A stretch of DNA of 47,834 nucleotides from Candidatus Vogelbacteria bacterium (GTDB lineage: Bacteria > Patescibacteriota > Minisyncoccia > Phycocordibacterales > XYD1-FULL-46-19), in the NCBI GenBank assembly GCA_016188295.1, contig JACPIA010000001.1:1-47834 (forward strand), given 5' to 3'. The notes beneath the pieces are model-generated. The model had not been told where the DNA came from and searched no databases. It saw only the letters and a list, made by a program, of their open reading frames with translations. Shown here piece by piece: positions 37,945 to 46,776 of the stretch. Position 1 is the stretch's first letter; each line of letters starts with the position of its first letter. The translations under genes and the position numbers were made by a program.

Positions 37945-39216
37945 ATGAATACTTTTTTTACTAAAGTCCGGCTACTCTTTGAGGATACCTCACTCCGCTG
38001 GCGGATTTTTACCACCTTAGGGATTTTAGCTTTGTTTCGCCTGGGCGCGGCGGTGCCGATACCGAATGTTGACGTATTGGCGTTAGAGCGTTTTTTCTCC
38101 GATAATCAATTTTTTGGTTTGCTTAATATCTTTTCGGGTGGCGGTTTGTCTAATCTCTCGATTATGATGTTGGGTGTTGGCCCGTTTATTACCGGCTCGA
38201 TTATCATGCAATTATTGACTCTCATCTTTCCTCAATTTAAAGAGATGTATCAGGAGGAAGGGGAGGCTGGGCGGCGCAAAATGGCTCAATACTCACGCTT
38301 ATTGGCGGTACCCTTGGCCGCGGTGCAGGGCTTCAGCTTATTGGTGTTACTCTCCCGTCAAGGTATTTTATTGCCCCAAAGTTTGTTTGAGCAATTAGTG
38401 GGTATTGTGGTGGTAGTCACAGGCTCTATTGTGCTGATGTGGCTCGGTGAGCTTATTAGTGAGTATGGAGTAGGTAATGGCGTGTCACTGTTAATTTTTG
38501 CCGGTATCGTCTCGAGACTACCCAGTGATATTTTTCAACTGTACACCAACTTTGAGGTATCACAGGTGCCACTGTATTTAGCTTTTGTGGTGGTGGCAGT
38601 GGTGATTGTGGCCGCGGTAGTGGTGATTACCGAGGCTGAGCGGCCGATCCCGATTACTTATGCTAAACAAGTGCGAGGTAATCGGGTGTACGGCGGTATT
38701 TCTACCTACTTACCGATCCGATTAAATAATGCCGGAGTAATGCCGATTATTTTTGCTCTCTCAATCCTTCTCTTTCCGCAAATGATCGCTAATTTTATGG
38801 CTCAATCATCAGTGGCTATTTTACAAATGATCTCTGGTTTTATCTTGCCACTGTTTAGTAATTCTTGGCTCTATGGTGCGGTCTATACTATTTTAGTTTT
38901 TGTCTTTACTTATTTTTACTCGGCGGTGACCTTTGACCCGCAGATGATTTCCACTAACTTACAAAAATCAGGTGCCTTTATTCCGGGGGTCCGGCCCGGT
39001 CAACCGACCACTGCCCATCTAGGCACTATTGTCAGTCGTTTGACTTTAGTGGGCGCCTTCTTTCTCGCGGTAGTAGCACTCTTGCCTCTGGTGATGCAAG
39101 GAGTGACTGGTATGGCGGCACTGGCAATTGGCGGTACTTCGCTCCTTATTGTTGTTTCTGTTATTTTAGAGTTGGTTAAGCAGTTAAGCGCTCAGCTCTC
39201 GATGCGGGAATACTAA
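37945..39216 (+). CDS. secY: Preprotein translocase SecY
   Basis: LGVGPFITGSIIMQLL, GNGVSLLIF, AGVMPIIFA, IPGVRPG, GGTSLLIVV. Confidence 0.99.
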   Translation: MNTFFTKVRLLFEDTSLRWRIFTTLGILALFRLGAAVPIPNVDVLALERFFSDNQFFGLLNIFSGGGLSNLSIMMLGVGPFITGSIIMQLLTLIFPQFKEMYQEEGEAGRRKMAQYSRLLAVPLAAVQGFSLLVLLSRQGILLPQSLFEQLVGIVVVVTGSIVLMWLGELISEYGVGNGVSLLIFAGIVSRLPSDIFQLYTNFEVSQVPLYLAFVVVAVVIVAAVVVITEAERPIPITYAKQVRGNRVYGGISTYLPIRLNNAGVMPIIFALSILLFPQMIANFMAQSSVAILQMISGFILPLFSNSWLYGAVYTILVFVFTYFYSAVTFDPQMISTNLQKSGAFIPGVRPGQPTTAHLGTIVSRLTLVGAFFLAVVALLPLVMQGVTGMAALAIGGTSLLIVVSVILELVKQLSAQLSMREY

Positions 39217-39236
39217 TTTTCGGCTATACTGGACGT

Positions 39237-39827
39237 ATGTTATTACCACGTACGCTTATTTTGATTGGTCGCTCTGGGGCGGGTAAGGGGACCCAAGCTG
39301 TTAAGTTGATCGAGTGGCTTAAGGAGCAATACCCTGATCAGCATACTTTTTACGTTAAAACAGGCGAGCAATTCCGTCAGTTGATAGCTGGTAATACCTA
39401 TACTGGCCAGTTGACTAAAAAATTATTGGAAGAGAGTAAATTATTACCCTCTTTCTTGCCGGTCTGGGTCTGGTCGCATTTATTGATTGAGAATTTAAAA
39501 GGTGGCGAGCATTTAATTTTTGATGGTACGCCGCGGATGGTGGCTGAGGCCGTGGTTTTGGACTCGGTGATGGATTTTTACAATCGTGGTAAGGCGACGG
39601 TGATTAATTTAGAAATCAGTCGCGAGACGGCATTAAAGCGCCTAACCGCGCGCGGTCGTTTTGATGATAATAGTCAGGACTCGATCAATCGGCGTTTGGA
39701 TTGGTTTGAGACCGAGGTGGTGCCGGTGATCGAGTATTTTAGGCGGTCGCCACTTTACGGGGTTTTGGATATTGATGGTGAACAAATGATTGAGGATATC
39801 CACACTGATATTGTGTCTCATTTATGA
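39237..39827 (+). CDS. adk: Adenylate kinase (short LID)
   Basis: GRSGAGKGTQA, FDGTPR, RGRFDD. Confidence 0.93.
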   Translation: MLLPRTLILIGRSGAGKGTQAVKLIEWLKEQYPDQHTFYVKTGEQFRQLIAGNTYTGQLTKKLLEESKLLPSFLPVWVWSHLLIENLKGGEHLIFDGTPRMVAEAVVLDSVMDFYNRGKATVINLEISRETALKRLTARGRFDDNSQDSINRRLDWFETEVVPVIEYFRRSPLYGVLDIDGEQMIEDIHTDIVSHL

Positions 39828-40591
39828 TTAAACTAAAATCTAAACAAGATATTGAATTATTAAAAATCGCAGGCAAACATCTGGGCAGTATTCTAAGTGA
39901 GCTTGTTAAATTAGTGGGGCTAGGTGTCAGGACAACTGATTTAGATCACCAAGCGCGCGAATTATTAAAAAATTGTGGTGATGAGTCCTCGTTTTTAAAT
40001 TATACGCCCAGTGGCTCTAAACTAGCTTATCCAGCGGCGTTATGTGTCTCGATTAACGAGGAGATCGTCCATGGTATTCCCAACAAACGGCTAATTAAAG
40101 CTGGCGATGTGGTAACGATTGATCTTGGTTTAAAACATCAAAATAAATATTTTGTCGACGCCGCTCGGACCATTTTGGTACCACCGGTTGATCCGGCTGT
40201 TAAAAAATTAAGTGAGGCCGCTCGGCTTGGCCTCGCGGCCGGTCTCCAAGCGGCTAAAATCGGTAATACAATTGGTGACATTGGCGCGGCAGTACAAGTT
40301 TATGCTGAGCGGGGGGGATTCGGGATTATTCGGGATTTAAGTGGTCACGGAGTGGGCTTCGCCGTGCACGAGGAGCCCTATGTCCCTAATTATGGCCAAA
40401 AAGGTAAGGGGGAAAAATTAAAGGTCGGTATGGTGTTGGCGATTGAGCCGATGTTCACTTTGGGGGGCGAAAAGACTAAACTTTTAAGTGACGGTTTTAC
40501 TTTTAGTACTAAAGATCAGAGTTTAGCGGTACACTGGGAGGATACAGTGGCGATTACGGAGGACGGGCCAATAATTTTAACTCAAAAGTAA
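39824..40591 (+). CDS. map: Methionine aminopeptidase type I
   Basis: SINEEIVHGIP, GHGVG..VHEEP, AIEPM, HWEDT. Confidence 0.97.
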   Translation: MIKLKSKQDIELLKIAGKHLGSILSELVKLVGLGVRTTDLDHQARELLKNCGDESSFLNYTPSGSKLAYPAALCVSINEEIVHGIPNKRLIKAGDVVTIDLGLKHQNKYFVDAARTILVPPVDPAVKKLSEAARLGLAAGLQAAKIGNTIGDIGAAVQVYAERGGFGIIRDLSGHGVGFAVHEEPYVPNYGQKGKGEKLKVGMVLAIEPMFTLGGEKTKLLSDGFTFSTKDQSLAVHWEDTVAITEDGPIILTQK

Positions 40592-40592
40592 T

Positions 40593-41144
40593 ATGAAAGA
40601 ACGCACTTTATTTTTAATTAAACCGGATGGAGTTAGTCGTGGTTTGGTCGGTGAAATTATTGCTCGTCTAGAAAAAACAGGTCTTAAATTAGTCGGTTTA
40701 AAGTTTGTTCAAGTGCCAGAAGAGTTGGCGCGAGCGCATTATGGTACCGCCGATGATGGTTGGTATCGCAAGATCGGCGAAAAAATGAAAAAGTTTTACG
40801 AGCAAAATGGTTTCGATTTAGGGGAACAAATTAGTCAACTGAGTCCCGAAGCAATTGGCCAATTAGTTCATAAATTAAATGTTGATTATCTGGTGGCTGG
40901 ACCAGTGGTGGCAACCGTGTGGCAGGGAGTCGGAGCGGTCGCTACAGTGCGCAAACTGGTGGGTACGACCTATCCGTTTGATTCGCCGATGGGGACGATC
41001 CGTGGCGACTTTTCTCACGATACGCCAGTGGTGGCTAATAACGAGAATCGCTCGGTCTACAATCTGGTCCACGCTTCCGGTAACCCCGACGAAGCCAAAA
41101 CCGAAATCGAATTGTGGTTTAAAGAAGGGGAGTTACTTGCTTAA
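40593..41144 (+). CDS. ndk: Nucleoside diphosphate kinase
   Basis: IKPDGV.RGLVGEII, GTIRGDF, NLVHAS. Confidence 0.96.
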   Translation: MKERTLFLIKPDGVSRGLVGEIIARLEKTGLKLVGLKFVQVPEELARAHYGTADDGWYRKIGEKMKKFYEQNGFDLGEQISQLSPEAIGQLVHKLNVDYLVAGPVVATVWQGVGAVATVRKLVGTTYPFDSPMGTIRGDFSHDTPVVANNENRSVYNLVHASGNPDEAKTEIELWFKEGELLA

Positions 41145-41147
41145 TAA

Positions 41148-41292
41148 TTCCGAAGACTCTCCTCGGAAAGATTAGCTAGTCTACAAAGTCTGACGAGATT
41201 TATGTCATGACATGCTAAGTGGTTAGGTAATGAGAAAGATAATTATTTCACTCATATGGGCGACATAATACGTGTCAAACTGGACCTTGACA
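41148..41292. repeat. Two decayed REP-like palindromes
   Basis: ttccgaagactctcctcggaa (41148-41168) and tgtcaaactggaccttgaca (41273-41292). Confidence 0.45.
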
Positions 41293-41395
41293 ATGAGGTG
41301 GGGATAAATAATATGGTATTTTACCCCCCCGTGATATCTTGTGATTAGTCGGATTGACTTTTATTATTGGCTTTTAGTTATTCATTATCATTCTT

Positions 41396-43057
41396 ATGAA
41401 GAAATATTTGGCTACTTTAGGTTTAGTGATGGTGGTTGGTGTTATCCCGCTCGCCAGACCAACGCCAGTTATGGCTCAAACAGTTGATGTGACAGCCCTT
41501 TACGCTTTGATTCAAAGCTTGCAAAACCAACTCCAAGCTTTATTAAATCAACTTAATCAGCCATCAGTCCCTAGAGGTCCATCAGTAGTGATCAATAATG
41601 TTTCTGGTCCTAATTCATTGTCGGTTGATGAAACGGGAACCTGGCGTGTTAATGTCGATGCGCCGGCCGGCACTAATTTGAATTACTCGGTGGATTGGGG
41701 TGATCAAAAGGTTATCGTCGCTGGGGCGGTCAAGAGCGAGAATAAGATTCAAACTTCTGCTACGTTCACTCACGCTTATACTAGTCCCGGAACTTACACC
41801 GCTAAATTTATCGTTGATAATGGTATTGTCTGTATTCAAGCACCTTGCTCTACTCATTCTTCAGCTCAAGCTAGTGTAACGGTAGTAGTGGGTAATACTA
41901 GTATCCCAGTTCCTCTTACTGTGAGAACACCAAACGGTGGTGAGCGATGGGTGTTAAAATCAAACCATGTCATTAGCTGGTCCCCTAATCCACATTCTGA
42001 TACTGTTGAAGCTTATCTAGAGAAAATGATTGATGGGCAATTTTATACTGTTGGTAAGGTCGTGCCTTCAGCGAAGGGATCTATTCGTTGGGAAGGAGAT
42101 GTTGATCGATACGGCGATTTATCAGCCCCTGGTAACGGCTATTACATAAGATTAGTCGATACTAAAACCGGACAACAAGATCGAAGCGACAGATCTTTTA
42201 CGCTTTTACCACAGGATTATATTAAGGTGGATTTGAAAGTTAACGGATCCGATGGTCCGATTGAGATACCAGCTGGTGGCACTACAGTTAAATTATCTTG
42301 GACATCATCAAATGTCGACAGTTGTAGTTATGAGGTTGCCGATCAGGGAGGGAGAGGTGGTTTTGAACCTAACCGTAGCGATTTTGAAATCTTTATCAAA
42401 GATCCGATGAATCGTGATGGTATGGCTGTATATATGGATTGTAAAGGAGAGTTGGGACACAGAGGTGATGCTGTATCAATAAAATCTATGACGACCAGAC
42501 AGACAAGGATCAACTCCTTTACCGCTTCGCCAAATCCGCGCGTGGTTAAAAGTGCTGATAACAGTTCATCTCTAAATGTCAACACGATCCTAAGTTGGTC
42601 GGCCAGCGGTGCTGGCAGTTGTAAGTTAGTTGGTGGCCGCTTTACCGGCGAAAAAGATCAAACTACCACTGGATCGGTTACTATTACACCGTTATATCCG
42701 ACCACTTACACTTTGACCTGTTATGCCGGTGCGAACCGGAGTGGACAAGCAACTAGCGCTACCTACACTGTCCGGACCACTTCTGATGTTAACAATGACG
42801 GCCAAGTCAATGCGATTGACCTGCAAATCGTCTCTAACTGCATCAGCAACACTAACTGTACGGCTGCTCAAAGAGTGGGTGCCGACATCAATAAAGACGC
42901 TTCAGTCAATGCTAGCGACTTGGAGATTATCCAATTATTGATAATGCCGCCGCAGCTCGGCGCTGATTCGACCAACAATCAAAATCAAACAGCGACCGTA
43001 TTGACCAGTTTGCGATCACTGTTGACCTCAATTAGCGACTGGTTGGGTGCTCGTTAG
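41396..43057 (+). CDS. Secreted modular protein: coiled coil, PKD/Ig-like domains, dockerin-like pair
   Basis: Signal peptide; YSVDWGD...FTHAYTSPGTY (PKD); TPNGGERW; two Ca-loop repeats, DVNNDGQVNAIDL and DINKDASVNASDL. Confidence 0.82.
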   Translation: MKKYLATLGLVMVVGVIPLARPTPVMAQTVDVTALYALIQSLQNQLQALLNQLNQPSVPRGPSVVINNVSGPNSLSVDETGTWRVNVDAPAGTNLNYSVDWGDQKVIVAGAVKSENKIQTSATFTHAYTSPGTYTAKFIVDNGIVCIQAPCSTHSSAQASVTVVVGNTSIPVPLTVRTPNGGERWVLKSNHVISWSPNPHSDTVEAYLEKMIDGQFYTVGKVVPSAKGSIRWEGDVDRYGDLSAPGNGYYIRLVDTKTGQQDRSDRSFTLLPQDYIKVDLKVNGSDGPIEIPAGGTTVKLSWTSSNVDSCSYEVADQGGRGGFEPNRSDFEIFIKDPMNRDGMAVYMDCKGELGHRGDAVSIKSMTTRQTRINSFTASPNPRVVKSADNSSSLNVNTILSWSASGAGSCKLVGGRFTGEKDQTTTGSVTITPLYPTTYTLTCYAGANRSGQATSATYTVRTTSDVNNDGQVNAIDLQIVSNCISNTNCTAAQRVGADINKDASVNASDLEIIQLLIMPPQLGADSTNNQNQTATVLTSLRSLLTSISDWLGAR

Positions 43058-43087
43058 TTGATGTACTGGATTGTCAGGGTGTATAAT
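43058..43087 (+). promoter_or_regulatory. Promoter of the 6S-like RNA
   Basis: TTGATG-N18-TATAAT immediately before the closing stem. Confidence 0.6.
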
Positions 43088-43091
43088 TAAA

Positions 43092-43220
43092 GTAGGTTAT
43101 TTGAAGGCGATATCTAGATCATAATAAATTTTTAGGGAGCCACTAAATAATAATTACTTTGGTACTTGTTTGCGGGCACCCACCTAGCTTTAGCTAGGTA
43201 GCAGTCTTCAAATAACCGAC
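43092..43220 (+). ncRNA. ssrS: Compact 6S RNA candidate
   Basis: Closing stem ggttatttgaaggc / gtcttcaaataacc, AU-rich 5' bubble, GGGAGCC...GCGGGCACCCACCT motifs, 3'-bubble hairpin acctagc-ttta-gctaggt as in Bacillus-type 6S; has its own promoter and terminator. Confidence 0.72.
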
Positions 43221-43224
43221 AGTT

Positions 43225-43259
43225 ACCCCGCCCTTCGACTAGCTCAGGGCGGGGTTTGT
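43225..43259 (+). terminator. Hairpin terminator after the 6S-like RNA
   Basis: accccgccct-tcgactagctc-agggcggggt-ttgt. Confidence 0.7.
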
Positions 43260-43288
43260 GTATCTGGATCTTCGGGTATAATAAGTTA

Positions 43289-43705
43289 GTGAAATCAAAT
43301 TTCCAGTTAGCTTGGTTGGGGGTAATTGGTCTAGCGTTAGTGGTAATGGTTAATACTCTGGCTTATCGATTTGCCTGGTATTGGCAATTTAGTTGGTTGG
43401 ATTTGGTCATGCACACCATTGGTGGATTAACCATCGTCTTGCTGTCAATCAGCCTCACTTCGCTAATTAGCGAGTCAGTTAAAACAGTTTTTCTCGCTGC
43501 GCTTCTCACTACTCTCATTGCTGGAGTGCTGTGGGAATTACTCCAATATGGCAGTTACGCCATTGGTTGGCATACCTTTAACGCTTTACAGTTGGGTTGG
43601 TCTGACACCTTATCTGATTTAGCGAGCGATGTAGTTGGTGGTGTATTGGCTTGGCTGTTGTGGCTTGATATTAAAGATCGTAAAAATTATGGAACAACAA
43701 CTTAA
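43289..43705 (+). CDS. 4-TM membrane protein (VanZ/DUF2238-like)
   Basis: D..MHTIGG, GVLWELLQ, DTLSDLASDVVG; GTG start 6 nt after TATAAT. Confidence 0.7.
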   Translation: MKSNFQLAWLGVIGLALVVMVNTLAYRFAWYWQFSWLDLVMHTIGGLTIVLLSISLTSLISESVKTVFLAALLTTLIAGVLWELLQYGSYAIGWHTFNALQLGWSDTLSDLASDVVGGVLAWLLWLDIKDRKNYGTTT

Positions 43706-45074
43706 ATTGACTTTTTATGGTGGCACTGGTACGGTTACCGGCGCTAATTTTTTGGTCGAGGTTGCAGGGGAAACGCCGGTCCGTTTTTTAATTGACTGTG
43801 GTTTATTTCAAGGTAATAAATCTGATGATGCTCGTAATTTTGAATCTTTTCCTTATGATCCGGCTACTATTGATGCTTTGATTATTACTCACGCTCATCT
43901 TGATCACATTGGGCGAGTGCCACGCTTGGTTAAAGAAGGCTTTCAAGGTCCGATTTACTCGACCGGAGCCACTAAAGAGATTGCAGCTCTCTCGCTTGAT
44001 GACACTGTCTCTTTGCTTTCGCGCCATCATAACGACGCTAACAACCAAGATGAGGCCGAACCACTTTATACTTTGGAAGATGTGGCGCAAGCTCTTAGTC
44101 AGTGGCAAATAGTAGATTATCATCAACCATTTACCTTAGGACCACTCGATATTGTTTTTCGCGATGCCGGGCACATTTTAGGTTCGGCGCTGGTGGAGTG
44201 TACTCGTGGCAATAAAAAATTAGTCTTTACTGGCGATTTGGGTAATTCGCCCTCACCACTACTTAAAGATACTGAGGCGATTAAAGATGCGACCTACTTG
44301 GTGATGGAGAGTGTTTATGGCGATCGCGATCATGAGGACCGTTCCCGTCGCGCCGAGCAATTTGAGGATGTGATTGAAGACACTTTGCGCCGCGATGGCA
44401 CTTTATTAATTCCAGTCTTTTCCATTGAGCGGGCCCAGGAGATTATGTTTGAGATTGAACAAATGATGGAAGCGTCGCGAATCCCCTTAGTGCCGGTATT
44501 TATCGATTCGCCGTTGGCGATCCGGGTGACTGATGTTTATAAAAAATATCGGCATTATCTGAATAATCAAGTTAAAGAAGGTGGTCCGGCTCGAGATGGT
44601 ATTTTCCGTTTTCCGCAATTACATCTGACCTTGTCGACCGAAGAATCTAAAGCGATTTTGCGAGCCAATCCGCGTAAAATTATTTTGGCCGGCTCCGGGA
44701 TGTCGACCGGCGGACGGATTTTGCATCATGAAAAAAATTATCTATCCGATTCGCGCAACACTTTATTATTGGTGGGTTATCAAGGAGTGGGTACTTTTGG
44801 GCGTATTCTTCAAGATGGCGCTAAAATAGTGCGGATTTTAGGTGAAGAAGTAACTGTGTCTGCCAGAATCGCCAGTATTTTTGGTTACTCCGGCCACAAA
44901 GATGGTTCCGGCTTGCTTAATTTTGTCCGGGGTACTGGTGATACCGTCAAAAAAGTATTTGTGGTGATGGGCGAGCCTAAATCAGCTTTATTTTTAGTTC
45001 AGCGCATTAGAGATTATTTAGGAATTGAGGCGATTGCGCCAGCAGTCGGTGAATCAGTGGAGCTCGAGCTTTAA
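43689..45074 (+). CDS. MBL-fold beta-CASP ribonuclease
   Basis: DCGLFQG, THAHLDHIG, AGHILGS, MESVYG, AGSGM..GGR, YSGHKD, VMGEP; start placed at MEQQL. Confidence 0.93.
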   Translation: MEQQLKLTFYGGTGTVTGANFLVEVAGETPVRFLIDCGLFQGNKSDDARNFESFPYDPATIDALIITHAHLDHIGRVPRLVKEGFQGPIYSTGATKEIAALSLDDTVSLLSRHHNDANNQDEAEPLYTLEDVAQALSQWQIVDYHQPFTLGPLDIVFRDAGHILGSALVECTRGNKKLVFTGDLGNSPSPLLKDTEAIKDATYLVMESVYGDRDHEDRSRRAEQFEDVIEDTLRRDGTLLIPVFSIERAQEIMFEIEQMMEASRIPLVPVFIDSPLAIRVTDVYKKYRHYLNNQVKEGGPARDGIFRFPQLHLTLSTEESKAILRANPRKIILAGSGMSTGGRILHHEKNYLSDSRNTLLLVGYQGVGTFGRILQDGAKIVRILGEEVTVSARIASIFGYSGHKDGSGLLNFVRGTGDTVKKVFVVMGEPKSALFLVQRIRDYLGIEAIAPAVGESVELEL

Positions 45075-45095
45075 GTTTGGTACAATAAACTTAGT

Positions 45096-45674
45096 ATGGA
45101 GGATCAGTTATTAGAAAAACACAATCATCGTCGCTTAAAATTAGCGGTGTCAGGTGCTGCCGAGACCGGACATTGCGGTGAGGGAGCAATGGACTTGGCT
45201 AAAGAACTGGGTCGCGAGATTATTCGTCAAGACGGAATCTTAATCTCCGGCGCTACGACCGGTTTTCCGCTATGGACTTGTATTGGCGCCAAAGAGGCTG
45301 GTGGGATCTCGATTGGTTTGTCGCCAGCTTATTCCGAGCATGAACATGTGGATTATTATAAATTACCACTGGAGTATTTGGATTTGATTATTTATACCGG
45401 TTTTGGCTACTCTGGACGCGACTTATTAATGACGCGAACTTCGGATGCGATTTTTTTAGGCTGTGGGCGGGTAGGTACTATCCACGAGTTTACGATTGCT
45501 TTTGAAGATCAAAAGCCGATTGGTGTACTGGAGGGCCCATGGAAGACGCATGAGGTCATCAAGGATATAATGGATAAGGGATATCGCCACAGTGATTTAG
45601 TTTTGTTTGATAAAGATCCTAAAAAATTAGTTGAGCGCGTGATCGAGTTAGTCAAAAAAACCAAAATTAAATAA
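45096..45674 (+). CDS. SLOG/LOG-superfamily protein
   Basis: AVSGAA, ELGREI, SGATTG, GAKEAGG, GRVGTIHEF. Confidence 0.8.
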   Translation: MEDQLLEKHNHRRLKLAVSGAAETGHCGEGAMDLAKELGREIIRQDGILISGATTGFPLWTCIGAKEAGGISIGLSPAYSEHEHVDYYKLPLEYLDLIIYTGFGYSGRDLLMTRTSDAIFLGCGRVGTIHEFTIAFEDQKPIGVLEGPWKTHEVIKDIMDKGYRHSDLVLFDKDPKKLVERVIELVKKTKIK

Positions 45675-45678
45675 AATC

Positions 45679-45703
45679 AAAAACTCCCTCGGCGACGAGG
45701 GAG
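45679..45703 (-). terminator. Terminator between convergent genes
   Basis: ctccctcg-gcga-cgagggag with an A-tract on its left. Confidence 0.65.
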
Positions 45704-45709
45704 CGGGGA

Positions 45710-46231
45710 TTACACAGAGACTAGTCTAAGTGCTCTAGTAGTTCGGCTATGGTGCCGTAATCGTGTCATTAAATCAATGGGAGTACTAGTATTATCTAAT
45801 TCACAACATAAATTAATTAGACTCTCAAATGAGATATCACGATGATTATTAAGATAAAGATCAGCCTCACTTCCAATATCAAGCTGGCGCGACCAGTTAA
45901 TTATGACGCAACGGCCAGCGGTCAGAGCTCTTATCGTTCTAACTAAGTTGATTTGTCTATCGGGATGATCGTCTGGTAGCCATGTTTTTGATTCAAAAAA
46001 AATGATTGGCACTGACTCACAGTGAACCAGATCCAGCCCTTTCTGAATATCATCGGTGGCGACGATGGGTATTAGAATTTCGGTTGGAACTTGGGCAATA
46101 AATTCACGAACGGCCCAGCACAAACTTCCGGGTAGAAAGAATAATATCTGACCGATTTTTTTATCGCTGGTAGGCACAACTAACCCTCCTTTAGTTAATC
46201 CAAGAACAATTTCTAGTTTGGATTGTAGCAC
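45710..46231 (-). CDS. Hypothetical protein, possibly a degenerate receiver domain
   Basis: 173 aa ORF ending at a terminator; weak REC-like residue pattern. Confidence 0.55.
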   Translation of the reverse strand: MLQSKLEIVLGLTKGGLVVPTSDKKIGQILFFLPGSLCWAVREFIAQVPTEILIPIVATDDIQKGLDLVHCESVPIIFFESKTWLPDDHPDRQINLVRTIRALTAGRCVIINWSRQLDIGSEADLYLNNHRDISFESLINLCCELDNTSTPIDLMTRLRHHSRTTRALRLVSV

Positions 46232-46313
46232 AAATAAACCTAAAAATCACATGACTCGGTGGTTGTCTAGGTGAGATATATGGAAGAAGTTAGAACCTGG
46301 TAGTTTTGTATGA

Positions 46314-46365
46314 GAAAAAAGAAGCCCCACGGTGTGAAGCACAGGGCTTCTTCCGTAGGGCTTTT
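46314..46365 (-). terminator. Terminator of the 87 aa orphan gene
   Basis: Minus strand: aagaagccctgtg-cttcacac-cgtggggcttctttttt. Confidence 0.7.
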
Positions 46366-46382
46366 GCCGTAGACGCTGAGCG

Positions 46383-46646
46383 TCAGTCCTCCTTCATCTT
46401 GGCGAGGTAGACATGTGTCTCGTGGCCGTTGATCCTGAACTCGGTCTGGATGCGGAACACGACCCAGCCGGCCCCGATCAGCTCCTTGAGCTTTGGTGCC
46501 CAGTAGTCGTTGATATAGCAGCTGGCGTACTCGGCCACCTGGTCGTGGTCGATGTTGCGGTCCATCAGAATCGCGGGTTGCAATCCTGGCTCCGCCGTCC
46601 CGGCAGACCACAAAGCCTCATGAATTCTTTCTTGCGTGGGTGTCAT
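46383..46646 (-). CDS. Orphan hypothetical protein (87 aa)
   Basis: SD TGGAGGA 7 nt before ATG, own promoter and terminator, GC3-rich codons. Confidence 0.8.
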   Translation of the reverse strand: MTPTQERIHEALWSAGTAEPGLQPAILMDRNIDHDQVAEYASCYINDYWAPKLKELIGAGWVVFRIQTEFRINGHETHVYLAKMKED

Positions 46647-46697
46647 CTTTCAGTCCTCCAGTCGGTTGGGTGTTACTGAACGTACTTACCTTTAAAG

Positions 46698-46726
46698 ATG
46701 CTAGCATATTCTCACGCAGATGTCAA
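46698..46726 (-). promoter_or_regulatory. Strong sigma70 promoter
   Basis: TTGACA-N17-TAGCAT with an extended TG. Confidence 0.75.
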
Positions 46727-46776
46727 GTACATGTAGGTATCATGACCTTGGCAACGCCAAGGGGTAAAATAGGAAA

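Noticed and set aside
23819-41175. Many antisense or overlapping 60-150 aa ORFs in the ribosomal cluster
   Set aside because: They overlap highly conserved genes and show no independent signals.
8433-41292. Palindromic repeats as a CRISPR array
   Set aside because: Copies are dispersed and variable, not regularly spaced with unique spacers; no cas genes in the window.
41145-41395. tRNA, riboswitch or other ncRNA in the ndk downstream spacer
   Set aside because: No cloverleaf, T-loop or recognisable aptamer; only decayed palindromes and weak AT-rich pairing. No tRNA or rRNA was seen anywhere in the window.
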